Source: Rhynchopus sp. YZ270_cl-10
Taxonomy: Eukaryota
DNA: 64,000 nucleotides
Direction of reading: 5' to 3'
Assembly (NCBI GenBank): GCA_964035575.1
Contig: OZ037847.1
Span: 186,001 to 250,000 of the forward strand
Shown: positions 45,337 to 55,304 of the stretch, in pieces
Layout of the letters: each line of letters opens with the position of its first letter
Numbering within the stretch: position 1 is the stretch's first letter
Notes under the pieces: model-generated
What the model saw: the letters and a program-made list of their open reading frames with translations, nothing else
Told to the model about the DNA's origin: nothing
Database searches by the model: none
Position numbers and translations under genes: made by a program

Positions 45337-47458
45337 CACGGTTCGGAAAAGTACTTTTTTAAAAAGTGATATTTTTTGGTCAAAAAAAGTACTTTTTCAC
45401 TTTTCGAAAAAAAAAGTACTTTTTTTTTTTCGTCAAAATTGACAGTGTTTCCGCGCTCCTTCATTGGGTACGATTTTTGATGAAGAATCGTGATTTTGTA
45501 CATAAAAGGTAAATACGTCCCGAGCCCGGCGCGCTACGCGCGCCGGAAGTTAACGCAAGTTCAGGGCCTCCGGCGGAGAAACTAGAGTTCTGGCCCAAAA
45601 CACGCGTCCCAGCGCAGTCCCTGAGATTTCCAAAAAATAAAATAAAAAAGCGCGGTCGAGCCCGACCCGGAATGAGAGAATTCCTCGGGTATCCAACTGA
45701 GGAGTTCAACTTCATTGATATTTGCACCAGACACACGAATTATCAGTAACCTCAGTACGTGTACAAAAAGAAACGGTGGTCATAGCATCAAGGCTCCTGG
45801 CGAAGCCACGGTACGCAACATTTCAAAAAATTGCGCTTAAAATTGCACATTTTTACAGCCAAACTATGTCATGGGAAGGTGGGTTGCAAATTTGCGCCGC
45901 AGGCGCACGGTACGCTACTTTTTTCCTTTCGCCATGCTGTATATTTCCTTTTCGTTCGGCGTTTGATCAATTGAGTCGCGTTCTGGCTGTGACGGGGTCA
46001 CTTTGTTCATGAGGCCAGTTCTGGTCACTCTCAGAGGTTTATGTGGGGGAATTTTTTTTTTTTCGGGATTTTTTTTTATTTTTATTTTTTTCCAATGAAG
46101 AATTCTTCACTGGAAAAATTTTTTTTTCGGGATTTTTTTTTTTTTCGAAGAATTCTTCATCGGATTCTTCAGCGCGGAAAGTCTGAAAATTGTACAGGAA
46201 AAAAAAAAGTACTTGAAAAAAAAAAAAGTACTTTTTATTTTTCCGTCAAAAATTGTACGGAGAGAAAAAATAAAAAGTACTTTTTTTTTCTGTACAAAAA
46301 ATTTAGAACACTGGAAAAAAAAAAGTAAAACCCCCCCCCCGTATAATATTTACATAAATTTATGTAAATAATACGCGTGTTGTAAATAATAGGCGTCTTT
46401 GTAAATAATAGGCGTGTGTTAATAAGAGGCGTATATCGTAGTTTCCTGAGGGTTACTCCGCTCCACTACAGACAATAAGAAAACAAAGGAAGTATATGTA
46501 AAGCCTATATGTGCCTCGTTCACACACATTTTTACAAACAAAGGGTACACAAAATAATTTACAATTTTTCATCGTTCACCTACATGCTTGACATTCAATC
46601 CCCATACTTTCCATAACGCACACCACCAGAAAGCTATTTATATTTTAAAAAATGTCATCAATCGCAATCCCGGACCCTGCCCTTTCGACCATGGAGTACT
46701 ACGTGGAGTACGATTCGGAGGCAGAGTCACTTGTTAGTGACGGGGAGGAGGGGGACGCCCAAAAGCTTCGAAACCCACATATTTCCACTGCCGGACCTCA
46801 CCGGAGGGGACGTGGGGTGGTTTTCGGCACCTTAGAAGAAAAACTGTGCTCCCGGATCCATTTTTTTGAAAGCGTTACATTCCTAGAGGAAATCTTACTA
46901 AAGTCTTACTATTTTCGAAGCCGTTTTTTCGAAAAAAAAGTGATTTTTTTTCGAAAATAAACGCTCAGTTTTGGTTGTTTGGTGTTTCATTAGGCAGAAT
47001 CGACGAATTTTAGGCCACTTTGGGACCATGTAGACCCACCTTGGCGGGTTTTATGACTTTTTTTCAAAAAATTCTTGAAAAAACACGAGCGTTACAGAGG
47101 GTCCTTAAGGATTTCCTTAAGGGCTGTGCCCCCTACCCCCCCCCAAAAAAAAAAAAAATCCAAAAAAAAAAATAATGTAAATAATACGCGTGTGTTAATA
47201 ATACACGTGAAAGTGGCCTTTTTGTAAATAATATGCGTGTGTAAATAATACGCGTATGTAAATATTATACGGGGGGGGGGGGTTTTACTTTTTATTTTTT
47301 CTCTCCGTAAAATTTTTGACGGGAAAAAAAAAAGTACTTTTTTTTTTTTCCTCCGTACAATTTTTGCACAGAAAAAAAAAAAGTACTTTTTTTTCTTCAA
47401 GTACTTTTTTTTTTGGAAAAGTACTTTACTTTTGGGCAAAGTACTTTTCCGATCCGTG
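45337..47458. mobile_element. Composite non-autonomous TIR element with CAC...GTG ends
   Basis: CACGGTTCGGAAAAGTACTTT (45337) pairs with AAAGTACTTTTCCGATCCGTG (ends 47458), 20/21 match. A-runs flank both sides. Many AAAAGTACTTTT subterminal palindromes. An inner inverted repeat CnGTATAATATTTACATA spans ~46331-47282. Confidence 0.75.
46753..47135 (+). repeat. Second copy of the right end of the 19783-20826 element
   Basis: Near-identical to 20445-20826 (GGACGCCCAAAAGCTTCG...GGGCTGTGCCCCCTA). Confidence 0.92.
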
Positions 47459-47519
47459 AAAAAATAAAATGAAATAAATCTGCTAATCTGAACGGAACGT
47501 CACATATACCGTATTTGGT

Positions 47520-47554
<35 letters not shown>

Positions 47555-49427
47555 TAGTTTTTTTTTTTTAAATTAATTCGTATCCCCATTTCTGGTTGCG
47601 GAAGAGGGGGGGGTGTCGACGCTGCTTTGTCAGCAGTCGTCAATTAGTTTTTAATTTTGTTTTTTGAGATGTAAATCAACTTTTCTTATTGAGTTTGGTC
47701 ACACAGTTCTATTTTAGGGATTGTCTTTTTTAAACAAAGTGAAGTTATTAATGCAGGCACCTCCGACTGACCCACATACGATGCCAGCCATCCGGATGAA
47801 ATCACAAACAAAAGGTGTTCTGGGTCAAACGGCAAATGGGTTACATACTTTCTGAGCCAAAAAAAAAGGGTTCAAAAACGCAAACATCCCTGACAGACGT
47901 TGGCAACCAAAAAAATGTAAAGTTGAAAGATGCAAACGCCTCTGGGACGCAGGCACTGAGGCTGTGTGGGTTAGCGAACCCCGGAGTGTTGCACGAAGGG
48001 AGGGGAGAGCGGGAGGGGACGAATTAACGTATACCTGTACGTTTGTTGCTGTACCAGGAAGCTCTGTAAGTTAGTATCAGACTTGCCTGATCGGAATATG
48101 AAAGATATGGTAATTTGGATATTTTTTTTTCAAATCAATGTAGTGGGGACTCAATACTGTCCCACCATCCTTTTTGTTGAAACTTTTTTTTAGCTTTCCA
48201 ACCTTTTGAAACTAATGACCGAGAAACTAAACATTGCATAGCTGCTGTTGAAACCCTACAAAAATCATTGCAAAAAAACACTGGCCATAAAAAAATGTGT
48301 GTTGATGTCGTTGGCTTGGTGAAAAAGACTGGGGGATAGCGTTTGCATTCCTCCCCACAAAACCTGATGCACACACACGAGACCAATGGGTGAACCTCAT
48401 CGTTTCTTTTTTTTTTGAAAATTTTCTTTACCATTCCCTTCAGGGAATGGAGCATGTACATGTCGTGGAAGCTCCAAGAAAATGGAGTCTTTGCGGCAAC
48501 TAAAGAGGAAGTTGCCTTCTCAAAACGTGCACACAACAAAAGGGGAGGTGTCGGTTACTCACCTATCATTGAAATAACATTACCAAATGGTACACAATAC
48601 CCTTGATTTTTTTTTCTTCTTCTTTTTTTTTCTTTTTGCAGAGACACTGAATCATTGAGACACAAAAAATATAGAGAATGGCGGTAGTTGGTAAGATGAA
48701 CCGAAGCCTCTTGGTCGTTTTAGTCGCTGTTGAAAAAAGGTGAATTTTTTTTTTTGAAGTGCAAACATCTCGATGGACGTAAGGAAACAAATAAAGCTGA
48801 AGGTAGAACCATCTTCTGATCCCACCCCATGCTGATGGGCAACCTGTCAACAAAAGACAAGGCTACATTTAAAAAAAAAAATGTGATTAAAATAAATGCG
48901 CTCAGCAGAAGACGCGAGAAAAAAATAATACGAAAAGTTGGTCAAAGTGACCTAAAGCCTCTTCGTGCTTAGCCACTTTGCCAATTTTTCTTTTGATAAA
49001 TTGTTGTAGTGTAGGTTGCCTCGGTTTTGTGTTGCCACACGTTGTGCAATCTCCACATATTTCTTTTTTGTATTGAGAATGCGTTCTGTACTCAATACTA
49101 GTGGCAGAGATGAATTTGGGTCGTTTTTCTTTTTTCTTTATTTTCTCCGAATTTTTTTCTACCCTCTGTGTACAAAGAGACACCATAAGGGGGGTACCGT
49201 GCACCCTTGCATGCCCTCTTCTAAGCGGAGTATTGTGGGGTAGTAGGTAACTCAGTTCTCACCTAGAATGAGGCTATAGGCTATAGTCTTCAGCTGTACA
49301 ATAGGGGGTATTGCTTGTGTGCAAAAAGACGTTTTTCGGGTTTGGAAAAAAAATAAACAGACAAGATAAATTTGCCTAATGCGCCTTTCTCAAAGAGAAC
49401 TATATTCGGGTGTTATGTATCGTATTC

Positions 49428-49620
49428 CATACTATGCATACGACCCGGGAGGAAAAATGCTCTTGAATAAATAAATACTCCAGACTGAGTCTAGGCTGAG
49501 TCTAGGCTGAGTCTGGACTGACTCACTCAACCTCGACTCAGTCCGGTAAACATAACTCAGCCTGGGCTCAGCTAAAACTCAGGAGTCGGCCCCAACGACT
49601 CGGCCAGTATGCATGGTATG
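49428..49620. mobile_element. Small MITE-like element
   Basis: CATACTATGCATAC pairs with GTATGCATGGTATG (13/14). Internal (G/A)CTGAGTCT repeats and inverted ACTCAG copies. No clear TSD. Confidence 0.5.
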
Positions 49621-52536
49621 ATATTCGTACAAAATTATCGTGAAAAAGGTCGAACTTCCAGAAAAAAATCCTGAAAAGGTCGAACACATTTTACGGTCGA
49701 TATTTTTTTTTTGTACAAATACGGTACATTCACTTCAGAGAATGGAACGTCTTCAGAAAAGGGGGGGTTTTTTTTTTATAAGATAAACCTCAGTTTGTGC
49801 AGTCACCTTTTGATCACAATCGTTAATCGCGAAAAAGAAAAAAGTTTGACTTGAAATACAAAGCCCTCTCTCGTGACAGTGTACCTTTTAAAAAAAATGG
49901 GAAGGTAGGGAAACTGGAAAGGATGGGGATGGAAGAGGGGGGTAAAATGTAAAAAGGTAGGGTGGGTTTCGTTGCTATTTTTGAGGGTGATGAGGGGAAG
50001 GGGGGGTCGCGACATCGAGAAGACTAAGAAGAATTGTAGGGTTGCTTTCTACAGAAACTCAAAAACAAAGGAAAAAAAATGGCACAAAAAAAGGTTGAAA
50101 AGATGATCATGCATCATGTGCATGAACACCTTTAAAAAAGAGAAGTTGAGTGCAAACGCCTCACCGTTCATCGGCGGACGCAGAGGCACAAAAAATAATA
50201 ATCGATCAATCAAAAACGCGGGTTTTTTGTCTGGGAGCTCCTTCTTGAAAAAAATAAAGGACTGTGGTTAAACAGAAAAAAGATCACCTTGACTTTGTTG
50301 GATGGGAGAGAAGAAGAGAAGAAAGTGGGTAAAAAAAGCGGCACGACCTCATCCTGCACACCGGCGGAACGCAGGCACTAAATTAAAATGTAAAACTGAG
50401 TGAATGGAACCTGAATTGGGGCACATACATTCGTTTTTGTTAATGCCATGGTCACGCAGTGAACTACCGCTTGTTACTTTTTTTTTGTCAAAAAAATGTT
50501 TGACTTGAAATACAAAGCCCGCTCGTGACAATGTACCCAAAAAAAAAAACAAAAATAATGGTTGAGTTTGCACATTGGGAAGGCAACAGAAGATATATGA
50601 CACACAAGAGTTTTTTTTTTTTTTTTTTTTTTTTTGCCACCGCAACAACTGCTTTTTAAAACAAAAAAAGTACATCGTATTATTGCACACACACACAAGT
50701 CGTTGTTGCAGTGATGTGTCCCCAAGATACTGCATCTACTGCGGGAGAGAGGGGGCACACCTTTTTTTGACAGGACTCGAGTTTTCCTTTCCTTCCGTAC
50801 CTTTTTTTATTTTATTTTTTATAATTTTTTTACATCCAAAATCAAAAGCGAAAGCAAAAGGAATATGACACATAACGAGGCATCCAACAATGGTGAAGGA
50901 ATCTCAAGACACCTTCTATTGAGAACAAAATAAACAAGGTTTTTTTGGGGGGAACTCCCGCGTACGCTTCGTCACCAATAAAATAATACTTATGAAGACA
51001 ATTTCCATACAACACAGGTTTACTTTTAAATAATGTAGACACGATGTCCTGGACAACGAGGCTTTTCTCCTCTAGAGGTTGGAGGGAAACTAAAAATAGA
51101 AACTTAACACTCATCACACGATAAAACCCATGGGAGAGGGGTTGTGGTGAAACGCACACACCTCGACCTGTTTGGTGAGGAGTGGCTCTGCAGCGCGGTT
51201 CGTCCCTAGAACCGCGAGTGTGTTCAAAATGCTTTGTTTCTATTTCCTCCTTCATTTCATGAGGTGACAAAAGAAAACTTTCTCAGATCCTCTCCCACAG
51301 ATCTTACAAAGTTTAATTAAAGAGTTCGGAAAAGATGCTTCTAAGCCTCATCCGGCTTGGTCCGCTTCACCAAACAAAAGAAAAGTATATAAGATGACCC
51401 TAAGCCTCTATGCTTAGCCACCTTATCATTTTCATCGCGGAGCAACAGCTGCGTTGGTTTACACAAAAAAGCTGAAAGTGCAAATGTCTCACGTCGGAGG
51501 ACCGAGGTACTTGGCTATCTTCACACTAAAAGAGAAAATGTTTGACAGTGTCCAACATAACTCCCCTTAGATTCCTTAGCGAACACCGAACGAACACCAA
51601 ACTAATAAATATCAAGAGAAAACCTTTAGATGGGGAATTACATCGACAATAAAAAGCGGGGGCATGTAAGAATAATTGAGGGGAGTTTTTGAGGGCTCAA
51701 AATGGCGGGGGAAGAGGAGAGGAAAGGGATGGGGATGGTTTTTTTTTTGCTGCTTTGCCTGAGCCGTTGGTTTGTGTGTCTCCTTCGCCATTCCTCCTTA
51801 AGTTTGGCAGGTTCATTTATCTGCCCTCCTTCGCAAAAGGGATAATAGCATTTCCCCACATCACTTTCAACATCTGGCCAAGACTTTGTCACAAAAAAAA
51901 AAAAAAAAGCGTCGACAGTCCCCGCTTGGGAACGTGTAAGGGAGAACGGGGGGGAGGGTGGCTACATGTGAAACATTTGGTTTTATTTTGTTGTTTGTTA
52001 TTTTCTCCAAAACAAAAGTTGTTACTTAAAACGAACCTCAACTCGCCCAAATCCGATTATTTTTTTAAAAGAATATCACAAGGGAACGGGATGGGGGAAG
52101 AGAAGGGGAATTTTTTTGTTGCATTTTTTTCTTCTTTTCAAAAAGAACTATTTTTTACCGACCAGAAAAGTCAGTTTCTTGATGAGTGTTTTCTGAATGT
52201 GCACTAACGCACACTCAGAAATCACGAATCAAGAGAAAACGACTTTTCCAAGGTGCAAATAGCTTTGTTGAAATTTTCTAACACTTTTTTGGCACTTTTT
52301 GCACACAGAATTTCACGTGTTGCCTTTTTTTGTTTCTTTTTGTTTTTTCTTTTTTTTCGGAAGCTTCCTCATAGGAATTCACCCCCCCTCGCTTCTAGAT
52401 CCACACATACACCATTCCATTTTTATTTCGTTTCTTTTAGTTGCCATTCATATCTACAAAAACCACCCTAGGTGGATTCCACTCCAGGCCTCCCCTGGCT
52501 GGATAAACAAGAAACATCCATTTTTTATCCTTTTTT

Positions 52537-53463
52537 TCAGTAGACAGTTGTTGGTGGAGGTGACCCTGATGTTCGGTATTGTGGATGGCCTTTGGTTGGG
52601 CGACCGTTTGCCATAAGGGGCATTCCTACTACAGGGCCTTGGCAGGTTGGTGGACGGATGGGGTATCCTGTGGGAACGTTGTCATAGCCCCCTCCCCCAG
52701 AGAAGTTTGCAGCATGCCCTCCTGCCCTGTTGATTGGTCGGCCCAAAACTGCTCCAGGCTTTTGGCGTCTTTGGTTGTAAGGGTACTGCTGTGGTGTGTG
52801 GTCGAACCCCATTGGCGCGCCGTATCCCATTCTTTGTAAATGCTGCCGTTGCGCCTCCATCTGCCTTTGCGGTGTCATATGCTGCTCAGGGGTGCCCACA
52901 GCCTCCAACTGCTCCAACAAGGCGGCAATGTCGTCTTGGATGCCTTCCTCTTGGGTAGGTTCGGGTGCTGTTGTTTCCTTGGGTACGGCAGGCGCTCCTG
53001 GGATGAACGCTTTTGCATTGGGGTTGAGCCCGATGTTGACCGAAGGAGATTCCTCGATAGGGAGAGGAGGGGGCGAAGGCTGTCTCGCGTTGAGCTCTGG
53101 GGTCGTCAGGACGGAGTCTGCTGGGGTGGAAGAGGCGGGTCCAGTCCCGCCAGAGGATTCGGAGCAGACACTCTGTGGCCTTCCTCGCCCTGCAGAGAAG
53201 CCCTTCACGGTCGCATCGTGAGGCGTCAACGTCAGCATGACAGGCAAACACCTGCCCCGTCCCGCACCTATCACCCTCCGGTGTTCCGGTGTGCCTCTCC
53301 CCGGGGTCATCCGTCCCGGGCTTCTAGAAGGTGAAGGTGGGCGTACAGCGATCTCTACCGCATTTGCTTTGACAATGTGGAACACATCCTCGTTAAAAGC
53401 CCGGCATTTGTCCTCGAGAAGCTTAAGCTGCTCGTAGGAGTAGGTGCGGGCAGTGCGGGTCAT
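52537..53463 (-). CDS. Low-complexity protein with an N-terminal YxxxxLL motif and a PAM2 motif (putative translation regulator)
   Basis: 308-aa ORF containing YEQLKLL (eIF4E-binding consensus YX4LPhi), LNPNAKAFIPG (PAM2 consensus), GRGR motifs and a Q/G/P-rich tail. Confidence 0.72.
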   Translation of the reverse strand: MTRTARTYSYEQLKLLEDKCRAFNEDVFHIVKANAVEIAVRPPSPSRSPGRMTPGRGTPEHRRVIGAGRGRCLPVMLTLTPHDATVKGFSAGRGRPQSVCSESSGGTGPASSTPADSVLTTPELNARQPSPPPLPIEESPSVNIGLNPNAKAFIPGAPAVPKETTAPEPTQEEGIQDDIAALLEQLEAVGTPEQHMTPQRQMEAQRQHLQRMGYGAPMGFDHTPQQYPYNQRRQKPGAVLGRPINRAGGHAANFSGGGGYDNVPTGYPIRPPTCQGPVVGMPLMANGRPTKGHPQYRTSGSPPPTTVY

Positions 53464-54011
53464 TGGAAAGAAAGAAAAGAAAAGGAGTGGAGTAAGGGGT
53501 GTGTGTGGGGTTTGTTTTTGTGTGTAGGGCGTTTGCCTGAGGGATGAGAGAATGTGAAGAGAGGATGATGGGGTTGTTGATAAAAAGTAGAGTTGAAAGA
53601 CAAAGCCCTCTCGTGACAGTGTACCTTTGGTAATATGACCGGCTGTTGTGCAAACGCCCTCTGGGACGCAGGCACTGGCACTCCGCGGGTTATCGAACCC
53701 GGAGTGAAAAAAAGTCTCTGCCGTAAAGAGCGAGAGGTTACAGAGCTTATAAAAAAAAAGTTGGCTTGCAATGCAAAGGAGGTAGATACATCTGAAGAAA
53801 AAGGTGGGGTGAAGTTGGGGGTGGGGGTGAGGGTGGGGGGCAATTTTTTTTTTATATGTTTTTCTGATGTTTTTTTTTGGCCTACCCCAGCACCCCCATC
53901 ACCACCTTGAAGGTGAGGCAATTAATACAAAAAATCATTTTGCATTAATTGCCCTTTTTTATGCTACGATTTGCTGATTATTGTTTTGTTTTGTTTTTTT
54001 AGGTGGTGGTC

Positions 54012-54260
54012 TTAACGGAGACGACGTGCCTCACGCTCGGTCTCCATGAGGGCAAGGATGTCGTTCTCCTTGATGGGTCCCTTCACGTTGCGGATGATGT
54101 TACGCTCGGAGGTGTCGTCCAGGATCTTGGCACGGACCTGGGTCACTCCTCCACGGGATCCGGTGCGGCCAATGATCTTGGTGACCTGGGCCAGCTTGGC
54201 GTCTCCAGTGACAACGTCGTTCTCCTCCGGCTTGGTGACATCCTTTGCTGCTGTGGACAT
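54012..54260 (-). CDS. RPS28: 40S ribosomal protein S28 (eS28) with N-terminal extension
   Basis: [21 protein letters not shown]...[28 protein letters not shown]. Confidence 0.97.
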   Translation of the reverse strand: MSTAAKDVTKPEENDVVTGDAKLAQVTKIIGRTGSRGGVTQVRAKILDDTSERNIIRNVKGPIKENDILALMETEREARRLR

Positions 54261-54941
54261 TGTAGGTAGTAGTTGGTGTGTGGCTGGTTGTCCTGTGGGA
54301 AGGTGTTGTTTAAATGAGGGGGGTTTTTAGTAACAAAGGGAAGTTGATAGTATTTCAACAATTCAATAAATTGATGAAAAACACCGGGAGGTACTGACAA
54401 CCCCACGGGTTTATCGAACCCCCCAGGAGTGTTGTTGCGCTTGGGAGTTGCTGGCAGAAAAGGAAACGTAAGGGAGTCATTTCCCTAACCTGACTAGGAA
54501 GGGGTGATCCCATGAGGTTAAGACACAAAAGATAAGTGTTACGGAATAACGGAGCGTTTTGCTGAACGCCCAAATGAGCGTAGGGGTACCGACAGACCGG
54601 AGGGATGCGATCCTTCCTCACCAGGGGAACAAATGGAGGTGGGGGGGATAAAAGGAAGGGGAAAAAGAGAGAAGATCCTTTTTTTTTCTCCAATGCGTGT
54701 GGAAGCGAATCGCAGCAGTGTGTTTAGAGAAAAAAAGTCAAAAAAAAAGAGAAAAAAAGAAAAAAAGAGACAACTGAAAAATACTGAACAGATAAAAGAA
54801 CGGAATTTGGGTTTGTATATTTGGTCATTTCACACAGAAGACATTTACGTATAGGATACTACAATTTTTTTTTTGGAAGATAAACAAAAAATAAGGCAAC
54901 GTTACACACACTGTGGTGGAAAAAAAAAAGAGAATTTTTTT

Positions 54942-54974
54942 AGATGAACCTAAGCCTCACATGCTTAGCCACCT
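54942..54974 (-). promoter_or_regulatory. Representative copy of the dispersed GAG-loop hairpin (putative cis-regulatory RNA element)
   Basis: Minus-strand RNA AGGUGG-CUAAGC-AUGUGAG-GCUUAG-GUU-CAUCU. More than ten related copies occur in intergenic DNA in the same orientation. Confidence 0.5.
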
Positions 54975-55304
54975 AAACTGAAGACCCACTGAACGGCACC
55001 CACAGCAAAAATGAAGGCTGAGAGGAAAGCAACCTAAGACGATGAGGGGAGGTTTTTCTTCCCCCCTTTCTCATCTCAAAAAAAACAGAGATCAGATGAA
55101 GCGCAAGCCTCTCTCCGATTGTCACCCTTTTTTTAACAAAATAAAACAAAGACGTTGACAGTGCAAAACGCCTGACCACAATGATTAAGAACCCTTGCAA
55201 GATGAAGGTACCTCTCTCACACACCCCTTTACTTCACTTCCATTTCTCTCTTTCTCCCGCACCCCCGCCCATCCCCAACCCACATTGCATTTCTGCAGTA
55301 CAGT

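Noticed and set aside
53670..53710. tRNA gene
   Set aside because: Only a T-arm-like hairpin is present, with no D or anticodon arms.
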